The notes: a model not told the origin generated them from the letters alone. 64,000 bases of DNA from Acidimicrobiales bacterium (GCA_965214945.1 OZ244029.1:1356868-1420867), one strand, 5' to 3'; positions 18,441 through 27,579 are shown, counted from the stretch's first letter. Program-made: numbers and translations.

Positions 18441-20147
18441 TCATTGACGCAAACGGGCCCGCTCCTCTGCGCGGCTCTCTGCCTGGAGGCGTCCCAGAGC
18501 GGGCTCTCTGCTGTGGTTGACGAACGACATCATCGCGGCCACTGCCGGGTGCCCGGCCTGGTCCTCGATCAGGCGGTGCATCCGCTGGCAGACGCGCCGG
18601 TACGCGGGGTTTCCCTGCTCACCGGTGCGCAGCTCCAGCATGTGCATGGCCTCACGGGCGTTGAGCTGCATCACGTAGCGCACCCGGTACGCAAGCGCCA
18701 CCGCGTAGGCAGCGTGATCCGGCAGCGCGCTGAACAGCGCTTCGTAGAGGTCCGCCGAGATCTCCATGACCTGCTCAAAGTCGCCGGCGGCCCCGGCGTC
18801 GGCAACCTGATCGGGCATGACATAGCCGTGACGGGTGGACAGCGGCTGCCATTCGATGGTGAGCATCCGGTGGCGCTGCAGGTCTCGGAACGCGCCGTAG
18901 TCCGACAGCACGTCGAAGCGATATACAGACCGCTCCAGCGCCCGCCCCGGCTTGTGGCGGCGGTTGCTGCGAGTGCCGCAGTAGGCGCGGATGACCGCCA
19001 GGCGCTCATCCGTAGTCATATCGTCGACACGGGCGAGCACGTCGCGCTCTGCGAGAGAGGTGTGCGGCAAGAGCATGGCAGCGATCATCTTGCGCTCGGC
19101 GTCGGGGTCGAAGTCCACAAGATCCACGACCTCCCGCGCGGCGCCCTCCGCGGGGCCACTCAGCGCGGCGCGCCCACCGAATTCGCCAAAGACACGTCCC
19201 GCAAGATCGTCCATCGCGGCCTGGTTCTCTGACAGGTACCGGCTGGCGATCTCGCCACGGTCGGCAAGATCGACACGCCGCAAGAACGACGGGATCACCT
19301 TGCGCAGCTCGGTGAGCATCATGTCGGCGAAGTATCGGGCCTCCGGCAGCGGATTGGCCCGCATCCGCAGCAGTAGGGCCTCATAAGACTGGCCGCTGCC
19401 GTAAATGCCGACATTCGCTAGAGTCGCGGCGGGCAGCATGCCGCGCACGGCGTCCAGAGCGCGGGCCCTGATAGCTTTGCGATAGGCGAAGTCGGAATCG
19501 CTCGGCGCCTTAGGGGCGATCTTGCGGAAGAAGGAACGCATCCGCCGCACCAGCTCCGCGTATGACTCGAACATCAGGTCGAGGTCGCCGACATACCTGG
19601 CACCCAGCGGCGATTCCATCACAGCCGGCGGTCGTGAGTAGCGGAAGCGGCCGTTCAGTCTGCAGTCGTACACTATGTAACGGGTGCTCTGCTCCAGATA
19701 CGACATCAGCCGGCCCCGCTCGAGCACCTTGGTGAGCAAATTCGAAGCCTGTTCACAGGCTATGTGGGCGCCCCCGAGCTGCGCCACAGAGTCGTCGCCG
19801 TACTCAAAAAAAACCCGGTCATAAAGACCCTCGGCGCGGCGCTGACCCACCGCCGCGACGCGTTCGGCGCCAAGGGCGAGATCGTCAAGGTCGTCGACGA
19901 ACTCGTTAAGAAAGAGCCGTCGGAGGCTGAGCGGCGACCGGGAGTAGCGCGCGAACAGAGCGCCCTTGACCACCTCAGGCAGGTTCATCAGCGCGAACAC
20001 CGGCTTGTCGATGTTGGTGAAATGGCGGCGGAGGACAGCCGCCTCCGAATCCGTGAACTCCTCCGGAACGGCGAGATGGCTTGGACGGCTCACGGTTGAA
20101 GGCCAAAAGGCGATGTCTCGGCCGCCGGAGGCCAGAGCGTCGGCCAA
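18441..20147 (-). CDS. tandem-domain ThyX-like (FAD-dependent thymidylate synthase family) protein
   Basis: 568 aa, twice the length of ThyX. N-half has YGDDSVAQLGGAHIACEQAS and RGRLMSYLEQSTRY. C-half has QRHRMLTIEWQPLSTRHGY and NAREAMHMLELRT. Compare the ThyX signatures RHRxxSxxExSxRY and NARSLMNFLNLR. Confidence 0.65.
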   Translation of the reverse strand: MADALASGGRDIAFWPSTVSRPSHLAVPEEFTDSEAAVLRRHFTNIDKPVFALMNLPEVVKGALFARYSRSPLSLRRLFLNEFVDDLDDLALGAERVAAVGQRRAEGLYDRVFFEYGDDSVAQLGGAHIACEQASNLLTKVLERGRLMSYLEQSTRYIVYDCRLNGRFRYSRPPAVMESPLGARYVGDLDLMFESYAELVRRMRSFFRKIAPKAPSDSDFAYRKAIRARALDAVRGMLPAATLANVGIYGSGQSYEALLLRMRANPLPEARYFADMMLTELRKVIPSFLRRVDLADRGEIASRYLSENQAAMDDLAGRVFGEFGGRAALSGPAEGAAREVVDLVDFDPDAERKMIAAMLLPHTSLAERDVLARVDDMTTDERLAVIRAYCGTRSNRRHKPGRALERSVYRFDVLSDYGAFRDLQRHRMLTIEWQPLSTRHGYVMPDQVADAGAAGDFEQVMEISADLYEALFSALPDHAAYAVALAYRVRYVMQLNAREAMHMLELRTGEQGNPAYRRVCQRMHRLIEDQAGHPAVAAMMSFVNHSREPALGRLQAESRAEERARLRQ

Positions 20148-20192
20148 GACGCTGCTCGGTGTGATGCCGTCAAGCCGGAGCTTGCCGCCAGG

Positions 20193-21380
20193 TCAGTTAT
20201 CGCTGGCGCGGCGCGCCCTGAACTCGGCCTGGGCACTGCTGAGCGTGGTGCCGTCGAGCCAGCAGTCGACCGCGGTCATGGCCATGGCCTTGGCACCGTC
20301 TATCACTGCGGCGTCACCCGCAGGGCCGCGGGCGTATTCGGCGAAAGCCGGGGTGTGAATCGGCACCTCGGGCGGTGAGACCTTCATCAGGGGATGGATC
20401 GACGGCACGGCGTAGCTCACGTTGCCCATGTCGGTGCTTCCAACGACACGGGCGTCGGTGCCTGTGGAGAACTCCCGTCCGAGACTGGAGAGGTTGGATG
20501 AATAGCTGGCGAGGAGCGGTTCGCTGTCGTCCAGGTCGGCGTAGGGGGGGTCGGCCCACTCGAGTTCTACTGTGCAGCCGGCCGCGTCCGCTCCGGCCTG
20601 CAGGCAACGCACGACCCGCTGCTTGAGCGGCTGGAGCGTCCGTAGATCAGTGGAGCGGACGTACCACTCCGCAGCTGCGGTCTCAGGGACGATGTTGGGC
20701 TTTGCTCCACCGTCGGTGAACACCCCATGAATGCGCTCGTCTCCGCGGATGTGCTGTCGCAGGGCCGCTATAGCGTTGTACCCGAGAACTGCGGCGTCGA
20801 GGGCGTTTAGACCCCGGTCGGGCGCTGCGGCGGCGTGAGCTGCCTGACCGTGGTACACGGCGAAGAGGCGGTGGACGGCCACTGCGTTGAAGATTGCCAG
20901 CTCATAATTGGCAGGATGGATCATCATGGCGGCGTCGGCGTCGGCGAAGGCACCCTGGCGCATCATCAGCTCTTTGCCTCCGCCGCCCTCCTCGGCGGGC
21001 GTTCCGAGCACGGTGAGCCTGCCGCCGGACTCCGACGCGACCGCTGAGGCGGCCAGGCCGGCTCCGAGGCCCGCCGAGGCGATTATGTTGTGGCCGCAAG
21101 CGTGGCCGATGCCCGGAAGCGCGTCATATTCGCAGACGATGGCGACATTGGGCCCCTCACCTGCGCCGGCTCGAGCCTCGAAAGCCGTGTCAAGCCCATA
21201 GGCGCGGCGAGTGACGCTGAAACCGTGATCGGCGACCGCATCGGTGAGCAGGTCATGGGAGAACCGCTCTTCGAAGGCCAGTTCAGGGTTGTCGTGTATG
21301 CGGTGAGACACTTCCACCAGCGTCGGAGCGAGACGGTCGACCTCAGCGCACACTCTGGACTTGGCCTGGGCGATGTCCAT
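20193..21380 (-). CDS. M20-family amidohydrolase/peptidase
   Basis: GIGHACGHNIIASAGLGAGLA and GTPAEEGGGGK are typical of M20D amidohydrolases. The ORF is open to 21464, and ATG 21380 (MDIAQAKSRV) is the likely start. Confidence 0.83.
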   Translation of the reverse strand: MDIAQAKSRVCAEVDRLAPTLVEVSHRIHDNPELAFEERFSHDLLTDAVADHGFSVTRRAYGLDTAFEARAGAGEGPNVAIVCEYDALPGIGHACGHNIIASAGLGAGLAASAVASESGGRLTVLGTPAEEGGGGKELMMRQGAFADADAAMMIHPANYELAIFNAVAVHRLFAVYHGQAAHAAAAPDRGLNALDAAVLGYNAIAALRQHIRGDERIHGVFTDGGAKPNIVPETAAAEWYVRSTDLRTLQPLKQRVVRCLQAGADAAGCTVELEWADPPYADLDDSEPLLASYSSNLSSLGREFSTGTDARVVGSTDMGNVSYAVPSIHPLMKVSPPEVPIHTPAFAEYARGPAGDAAVIDGAKAMAMTAVDCWLDGTTLSSAQAEFRARRASDN

Positions 21381-21479
21381 GGGAGCGAATGCTAGCCGCG
21401 GGGGCTGACCGGCTCGCGCATCCTCAGTAGCGCCACCCGACGTCGGCTTGGCGAGCGGGCGCAACTGGTAGTTTGCCTA

Positions 21480-22124
21480 CTACAGCCAGACTTCGAGCGC
21501 CTCGGGTCTCACCTCGATCGCAAGGCTCTTGGCTCGGCCGATGTCGCGGCCGTCGCAAAACAAATCGAGGGTGGGATCCAAGGTAATGTGGGCCCGCCTG
21601 ACTCGTCGTTGCGCGATGGCGGGGTGGGGAACGTGGGTGCCGGACCGAAGGCGCCGCCAGGCAGCCCAGCGGACGCGTGGCGCGGGACAGGCGTCGAGTA
21701 CGTCAAGGCGCCCGTCGCCGGGATGTGCCCGCGGCGCGATGTTCCAGTCGCCGATGAACGAGGCGTTGGCGACGGCCAGCAACCGGCCCCGCCACCACGA
21801 CCGCCGAGCCACGAGATGAGCGGCAAACCAGTGCTCCCGACCGTCCGCCACGACGCTGCCGACATCCGCGAGCACGCGCAGGCCTCTGCAGGCGAACGCG
21901 CCAGCCGGGCGGGACGCGCTCGGCTGATGGCCGGATGTGATGCCCAGCGTCCGGGCCAGATCACCGCCGGTGAGCACTACTGCTGGGGCCGGCCGGTTAT
22001 CACGGTGCGCGGCTGCGGCGATCTCGGCGGCCGCAGCGTCGCTGTCGGCACGCAGCGCGTGGGCGGGCATCGCCGCAGCCTCACCCCAGTCGGTGCCCCA
22101 GTCTGATCTGCGGCCGCCGATCAC
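21480..22124 (-). CDS. diacylglycerol-kinase-like protein lacking the N-terminal catalytic lobe
   Basis: 214 aa. The C-terminal half resembles the DAGK/LCB5 accessory domain (APRAHPGDGRLDVLD, LFCDGRDIG, EVRPEALEV). Only a vestigial VVLTGGDLARTLG sits where GGDGT is expected. Confidence 0.45.
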   Translation of the reverse strand: MIGGRRSDWGTDWGEAAAMPAHALRADSDAAAAEIAAAAHRDNRPAPAVVLTGGDLARTLGITSGHQPSASRPAGAFACRGLRVLADVGSVVADGREHWFAAHLVARRSWWRGRLLAVANASFIGDWNIAPRAHPGDGRLDVLDACPAPRVRWAAWRRLRSGTHVPHPAIAQRRVRRAHITLDPTLDLFCDGRDIGRAKSLAIEVRPEALEVWL

Positions 22125-22167
22125 GGCGGTCGCGAGCCTCCTGCGGCTGCTGACGGCGCCTTCATCG

Positions 22168-23070
22168 TCACCCCTCCCCCGCCGTCGGGGTTTCCGTGCC
22201 GCGGCTGCGGGCCCGCCAGCCGCGCGGCAGAAGGCTCATCCACTTGCTGCCGATCTTGCCTCTAGCCTTGATGCGATTGCGTCGCCTTTGCTGTATTATG
22301 CCATATAATATTGAAATCTCATAAAATCCATACATCGGTGTCGACAGTGCCAGCAGAGTGAAGGGATCGCCGCTGGGTGTGATCACGGCTACCAGCACCA
22401 CAATGCCCACCACTGCGTAAGAGCGGTTCTTCCTCAGGGTGCGGTTGCTGACTATTCCCAACGCCTGAAGCGTGATGAGGGCGATCGGGAACTGGAACGC
22501 CAATCCGAAGGCCGCCATCATCTTCACAACGAAGCCGAGGTATCGCTTGGGACTGAACAGGGATACCAGGTCAGCGCCGCCGATCAGCGCAAGAAAGTCG
22601 AGCGCTCTCGGCAGGCTCCAGTAAGCGAGCGAGGCACCGGAGGCGAACAAGAGCACTCCGGCGAGCACGAACGGAGCGGCGTAACGCTTCTCGTGCTTGT
22701 ACAGGCCGGGCGCCACGAAGCGCCAGACCTGCCACAGCAGCACAGGCATGGCCAGACTGAGGCCGCCGTATCCGGCGACTGTCAGGCGCACGCTGAACGG
22801 CTCGAGCGGGTCGGTGATGAACAGCTTGCAGCCTCCGCCTGGGCCGAAAAGGCCCGATTCGACGCGCTGCTCCACAGGGAACGTCTGACAGTAGGGCCGC
22901 AGCAGCAGGTCGAGGATCAGCGGATAGAGCACCCAGCAGACCACACCTCCCACGACGATGGCCACAATCGACTTGATCAGCCGGCTGCGCAGCTCCGCGA
23001 GGTGCTCGATCAGCGTCATGTTGCCGTCTGCGCTGGGTGTGGCACCGCCGGGGCCCGTTGTATCGGTCAT
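22168..23070 (-). CDS. tatC: twin-arginine translocase subunit TatC
   Basis: N-terminal MTLIEHLAELRSRLIKS, six predicted TM helices, and adjacency to tatA. Confidence 0.9.
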   Translation of the reverse strand: MTDTTGPGGATPSADGNMTLIEHLAELRSRLIKSIVAIVVGGVVCWVLYPLILDLLLRPYCQTFPVEQRVESGLFGPGGGCKLFITDPLEPFSVRLTVAGYGGLSLAMPVLLWQVWRFVAPGLYKHEKRYAAPFVLAGVLLFASGASLAYWSLPRALDFLALIGGADLVSLFSPKRYLGFVVKMMAAFGLAFQFPIALITLQALGIVSNRTLRKNRSYAVVGIVVLVAVITPSGDPFTLLALSTPMYGFYEISILYGIIQQRRRNRIKARGKIGSKWMSLLPRGWRARSRGTETPTAGEG

Positions 23071-23125
23071 CTCAGAAGCCGAGACCTCGTGCGGGCTGCG
23101 GCGCAGAGTTCACCGCGGAGTCGGC

Positions 23126-23398
23126 TCAGGCGACGTCGTCGCGTTGGTCGCCCAGGGTCTCAGAGGCGGCGTTCTTGACGACAGCGCGGGGGTCGGCGGC
23201 CGCCAAGGTCTTCTTGGTCTGGGTGATAGGTTCCTCCAGCGCGTCGTTCAGCTCCTGGCGGAACCCGGCGCCCATTCGCCTGATCTCACCGACGAAGCGC
23301 CCGACCTGGCGAACAGCGGCAGGCAGCTTGGCAGGGCCTAGAACCACCAGGCCCACCAGCAAGATGACCAGTATCTCTCCTCCGCCGAGATTGCCCAC
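23126..23398 (-). CDS. tatA: twin-arginine translocase subunit TatA/E
   Basis: GGGEILVILLVGLVVLGPAKLPAAVRQVGRFVGEIRR is a TM helix plus amphipathic helix. GTG 23398 chosen, with the ORF open to 23458. Confidence 0.85.
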   Translation of the reverse strand: MGNLGGGEILVILLVGLVVLGPAKLPAAVRQVGRFVGEIRRMGAGFRQELNDALEEPITQTKKTLAAADPRAVVKNAASETLGDQRDDVA

Positions 23399-23486
23399 GC
23401 CGACCAGCCTAGCGACGACTGCCGTCGCGGTTGTCGTGACGATGGCTGCGGCGGCCATTTCGGCTGGGGTGACCTTGCAGGCGCGG

Positions 23487-23738
23487 TCAGCGCCTTGACG
23501 GACCCCGCCGGCGCTCTTTCAACCTGTCGGCCGCGGCGCGGGTCTGCTCCGCGTGATCGCCCACATTCGCGGCTGCGCGCATCAGCTCATCTCCGGCCAC
23601 CGCGGTGGCCGACGAGCGCCGTAGTTCGGCCGACAGATCAGCCGCCGCACGCGACGTCAGCCGCAGTCCGATCGTCAGCACGCCTATCGCCAACACACAA
23701 GCGGCCGCGGGAACCAGCAACCAGACGGACACGATTAC
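23487..23738 (-). CDS. small hypothetical membrane protein
   Basis: About 83 aa at the C-terminal end of a 340-aa ORF whose remainder is antisense to the GDPD gene. One TM helix (VWLLVPAAACVLAIGVLTIGL) plus a helical tail. The start is a guess. Confidence 0.3.
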   Translation of the reverse strand, partial: VIVSVWLLVPAAACVLAIGVLTIGLRLTSRAAADLSAELRRSSATAVAGDELMRAAANVGDHAEQTRAAADRLKERRRGPSRR

Positions 23739-23816
23739 TGAGGCTAGACGTCTTTGGCAGCGGTAGGCGGCTGTCGGGGCGCACCGCCTCAGGCTCGAGG
23801 CGGGCACACTGATGCG

Positions 23817-24551
23817 ATGGCCGTGCGCATCGAGAGCCTGATCAAGCCCCCGATCGGATTCGCTCACCGTGGGGGGCGGGCTCACGCGCCTGAGAACACG
23901 ATCGAGGCCTTTGAGCGGGCCGTAGAGCTTGGCGCGACCGGGATCGAGACCGACGCGCGGTTGACTGCCGACGGCGAGGTCGTGCTCATTCACGATGCCA
24001 ATCTGCGCAGGCCGCGCTGGCTGCCCGATCGGCGCGTCTTCGGGCGCCCCGTCGCAGACCTGCGCCGTGAACAGATTCCGGGCGAGGTGCCCACCCTGGG
24101 CGACTACTACACTCGCTGCGGAGCGTCGCTGCCACTCAGCATCGATGTGAAGGATGCAGCCGCGTTCACAGCAGTGCTGGAGGCTGCGCGTGACCACGGC
24201 GCAGCGGGTCGGCTGTGGGCCTGTCATGATGACTTGGCGGTGTTGGCGAGGTGGCGCGCTGAGGCGCCGGAAGTGCATCTGGTGCACTCCGCTCGCGGAA
24301 GCGGGCCTAGCGGAGGCCCTGAGCGCCATGCCGCGGAGCTGGCACGACTGGGGATAGATGCAGTGAACCTGCGGCACGATCACTGGAGCGGGGGCCGCGT
24401 GACGCTCTATCACAAGTTTGGCGTGCTGGCTCTCGGTTGGGACGCGCAGCAACACCATCAGATCGAGGAGCTGATCGACGCCGGGATCGACGCGTTCTAC
24501 AGCGATCACGTCGACCGGATAGCGCGGGCGCTTTCGAGCCTGAGCGCCTAG
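23817..24551 (+). CDS. glycerophosphodiester phosphodiesterase family protein
   Basis: IGFAHRGGRAHAPENTIEAFERAVELGATGIETDARLTADGEVVLIHD (GDPD motif HRG...ENT...E.D...HD). Confidence 0.85.
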   Translation: MAVRIESLIKPPIGFAHRGGRAHAPENTIEAFERAVELGATGIETDARLTADGEVVLIHDANLRRPRWLPDRRVFGRPVADLRREQIPGEVPTLGDYYTRCGASLPLSIDVKDAAAFTAVLEAARDHGAAGRLWACHDDLAVLARWRAEAPEVHLVHSARGSGPSGGPERHAAELARLGIDAVNLRHDHWSGGRVTLYHKFGVLALGWDAQQHHQIEELIDAGIDAFYSDHVDRIARALSSLSA

Positions 24552-24569
24552 AACGCGCTGCAGCGAACT

Positions 24570-25334
24570 CTACAGCGTGTCGATTCTGTTGGGCGGCCAG
24601 TACTTCAAAAAAGCGCGCCCGACGACCGTGTCCACTCCGATCGGGCCGAAGAAACGTCCGTCGTGGCTTTCAGCTCGGTTGTCGCCCAGCACCAGGACGG
24701 TTCGGGCGGGCAGATGGCAGCGGTCCGACACCGGGGCGTTCTCACAACCCGGTATGGGCCATCGTGGCTGGGTGCGCGTTCCCGGCGCCAGGTAAGGCTC
24801 CTCAAGCACGCGGCCGTTGATGAATACGGCGCCGTCGATCAGCTCAAAGGTGTCTCCCTCCACTGCCACGACACGCTTGATCAGGTCGTCAAACTCATAG
24901 AACCCGCCGTCACTGGGGTTGTGGAACACCACGACATCGCCTCGGCCCACGTCGTGCAGCCGGTAGCCGAGCTTGTAGACCACCACCCTGTCGCCGGCCT
25001 GAAGCGTCGGCATCATCGAGCCTGAGGGGATCTCGAACGCCTGCACCAAGAACGCCCTGATCAGCATCGCCAAGCCGACAGCGACGATTGCCACGATCAG
25101 CCATTCTCCGGCGACGCGGATTCTGCGCTGTAGACGCGTCAGCTGGTGTTCTTCGTCCTGATCGCAGTCGCCGGGCCGCTCGTCTGGCGCCTCAGTTCTG
25201 TGCAGCTCTTGCGGCTCGGGCCATCTCGCCTCTGCGGACTGCGAATCGGCGGGGCCGCGCAATCTGGGACCCGGTGTGAGCCGCGCTTTTTCCCAGTGGA
25301 GCCCTGGCCCGGCGTCGGAGTCCTCAGCAGTCAC
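24570..25334 (-). CDS. lepB: signal peptidase I
   Basis: Catalytic Ser box IPSGSMMPTL, Lys box DLIKRVVAVEGD, and VLGDNRAESHDGRFFG. The start overlaps the pafC stop. Confidence 0.9.
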   Translation of the reverse strand: MTAEDSDAGPGLHWEKARLTPGPRLRGPADSQSAEARWPEPQELHRTEAPDERPGDCDQDEEHQLTRLQRRIRVAGEWLIVAIVAVGLAMLIRAFLVQAFEIPSGSMMPTLQAGDRVVVYKLGYRLHDVGRGDVVVFHNPSDGGFYEFDDLIKRVVAVEGDTFELIDGAVFINGRVLEEPYLAPGTRTQPRWPIPGCENAPVSDRCHLPARTVLVLGDNRAESHDGRFFGPIGVDTVVGRAFLKYWPPNRIDTL

Positions 25335-26467
25335 CGATAGCGCTTGAGAACTCGCGCGGCAGCGGCCGGGACAAGCTCTGCCAGTTCCGGGTCGTCACTG
25401 ACAATCTTGGCGTGCGGGCCAAGCATCAACAATATTCGGGCCAGCCAACGCGGCTCAGAGACGGCCAAGTCGATCTCCGTTCGGCCGTCACCGAGCTCGC
25501 GCTGATCTAGCACCGGGTAGTGATCGGCTGCCCACAAGGCAGCGCGCTCCAGAACCAGCGTCACCTTTCGGGCGCGGCTGCCTGTATCGAAGGCGAAGGC
25601 AAGCGACACGTCGTCGTAGTGCTCAGTCGAGGCCTCAGAGCCCGTCACCCTGAGCGAGCGGATGCGTTCAAAGCGGAAGGTCCGTTCAGCACGCGCTCGG
25701 TGACACCATCCCGCCAGATACCAAGCCCCTTTGTGGCTGAAGACGCTGGTCGGATCGACCGATCGCCGGGTGAGCGCGTCGCGCCCGTAGGAGTAGTAGT
25801 CGATCTCAATGACTCGGCGCTCACCCACGGCCTTACGCAGAACGCTCAGCTTGGCTTCCGACGCTTGCCCGAGGTTCACCTCGATGCTGGTATCGGCGAG
25901 CGCCCCAACTGCGGGGTTGCCCGCGCTCTCGGCGTAGCGCTGGCGTGTTGTCAGCCCGCGCTTGCGGTCATCGAGCATGAGCTGTAGCTTGGCCACAGCT
26001 CTCGTGAGGGCGGACATCTCCCCGTCTGAGACGTCTGAGGCCGCGCCGACGAGATCCGTGCTTAGCGCCGCTTTCGCTGTGGCGAGCAGTCGAGCCGATT
26101 CGTCGGCATTCAACCGAATAGGGTCGGACATCCAGCTCGGGCACCGGATGTGGATTTCGCCGTCGGCGTGCCAGTCGATGTCGACCGCAGAGAATGGGCG
26201 GTCGTCGGTGTGCGCGTCTTCATCGGCTTGCAAGGCCTGCAGGTCGCTGATCAGATCTTCGCGCGGATAGTCAAACCGAGCCGTGATCTCCTCAATAGAG
26301 GCGCCGGATCGGGCCGCGACCCACGGCAGCAATCCGAGAAGGCGTTGCGTGCGGCTGACCGCGTCGAGCGGTCTGCACGTCGAAGGCGAACGCGCCGCGC
26401 GGCGCGGCGCTTCAGTCGGTGATCGCGTCTGCGTCCCCGGAGAGGCTGAGGTGTCTGACGCTTCCAC
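25331..26467 (-). CDS. pafC: PafC-like HTH/WYL-domain regulator
   Basis: WYL motif GAWYLAGWCHRARAERTFRFERI and an N-terminal HTH-like region. Third gene after pafA, as in mycobacterial pafABC. Confidence 0.75.
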   Translation of the reverse strand: MEASDTSASPGTQTRSPTEAPRRAARSPSTCRPLDAVSRTQRLLGLLPWVAARSGASIEEITARFDYPREDLISDLQALQADEDAHTDDRPFSAVDIDWHADGEIHIRCPSWMSDPIRLNADESARLLATAKAALSTDLVGAASDVSDGEMSALTRAVAKLQLMLDDRKRGLTTRQRYAESAGNPAVGALADTSIEVNLGQASEAKLSVLRKAVGERRVIEIDYYSYGRDALTRRSVDPTSVFSHKGAWYLAGWCHRARAERTFRFERIRSLRVTGSEASTEHYDDVSLAFAFDTGSRARKVTLVLERAALWAADHYPVLDQRELGDGRTEIDLAVSEPRWLARILLMLGPHAKIVSDDPELAELVPAAAARVLKRYR

Positions 26468-26529
26468 GGGGCCCAGCCTACCGGAGCGCGTTTCGGCGCT
26501 GAAAGCCTCAGGGCGCCGCGGCTGTTGTC

Positions 26530-27519
26530 TCAGTCGATCACGGCCTCAAGCCATGTGATGATCTCTTGGCGCACGTGCTCAGGCTCGATCACCTCAGCAT
26601 GCTCTGAAAGATCCAGCACGAAGCTCCGCAACGCATCGGAGTTGCGAACCCACAGTGTCAGAATCAACGACCCGTCCGACTGTCGCTCGCCGTCGACACC
26701 GGCCTTGGTGGCCGCCCAGTCCGCCAGGTCGGCATCCACCAGCACTCTCACCCTGGTGGGCTCGCCCACGCCGTAATCCCAGGGCTTCATGGAGGCTACA
26801 TCGAGCTTCTGCCCCACGGGTTCCTTCGCCTTGTCTAACTCGAACACCGACCCTTCGGCGATACGGTCCACCCGGAAGAGCCGCGGGGCAGACCTTGCAC
26901 GGTCCCATCCGGTCAAATACCAGTGGCCGTGCGCGTACTCCAGATGCCATGGCTCCACAACCCGCCGCGGGGAGATCGTGCCGTCGGCCTTGCGGTACCG
27001 GAAGCCCACGGACATGCGCTTGGACGACGCAGACGCCAGCGGTGTGACGGCGTCTCGGTATTGCAGCTCAGCGACCTGTCGAGCGTCACGTCCCCCGGCT
27101 GTCGAATCGCTCCGCCGAACCGTGCCGAGGTCCGCCTCGCTAGGGATGCCGGTCTTGAGGAAAACCCCGGCAGTGCCCGGCAAGCGGACCCTGCGTGTGG
27201 CGAGATGTAGGGCCGCCAGCTCGTCGGGCTCGAATCCGATATCACGGTCCGCATAGACGGCCGGATCGACTGTGTAGTAATCGACAGAGGGATCGCCGTA
27301 GGCCCACTTCTCCGCCTTGATCGGCACCCCGATGCTCAGCAGGTCTCGCTTGTCGCGCTCAAAGGTTCTGCGGAACGCCTTGATATCGTTGCGAAGCGAA
27401 TACGCATCGTCGTCGAGCCGATTGCGTATCTCTGAGGCGCTCAGCGGGCGGCGCGACAGCAGTAGCAGCGCTGTGAGGTTGAGCAACCTCGTCAGCTTCC
27501 GGCTAGCGCGCGTGCTCAC
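26530..27519 (-). CDS. pafB: PafB-like HTH/WYL-domain regulator
   Basis: N-terminal HTH (RKLTRLLNLTALLLLSRRPLSASEIRNRL) and WYL motif GHWYLTGWDRARSAPRLFRVDRI. Immediately downstream of pafA. Confidence 0.8.
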   Translation of the reverse strand: MSTRASRKLTRLLNLTALLLLSRRPLSASEIRNRLDDDAYSLRNDIKAFRRTFERDKRDLLSIGVPIKAEKWAYGDPSVDYYTVDPAVYADRDIGFEPDELAALHLATRRVRLPGTAGVFLKTGIPSEADLGTVRRSDSTAGGRDARQVAELQYRDAVTPLASASSKRMSVGFRYRKADGTISPRRVVEPWHLEYAHGHWYLTGWDRARSAPRLFRVDRIAEGSVFELDKAKEPVGQKLDVASMKPWDYGVGEPTRVRVLVDADLADWAATKAGVDGERQSDGSLILTLWVRNSDALRSFVLDLSEHAEVIEPEHVRQEIITWLEAVID

Positions 27520-27527
27520 TTCAGCAA

Positions 27528-27568
27528 GGCTAACTCCGCCTCGCTACGGGCTAACTCCGCCTGCTACG
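27528..27568. repeat. 20/21-nt tandem duplication between pafA and pafB
   Basis: GGCTAACTCCGCCTCGCTACG followed by GGCTAACTCCGCCTGCTACG. Confidence 0.75.
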
Positions 27569-27579
27569 AGGTCACGGCC

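Noticed and set aside
23739-24509. 340-aa minus-strand ORF 23487-24509
   Set aside because: Most of it is antisense to a GDPD gene with clear motifs (HRGG...ENT...ETD...HD). Only the last ~83 codons, outside the GDPD gene, were kept as a low-confidence small membrane protein.
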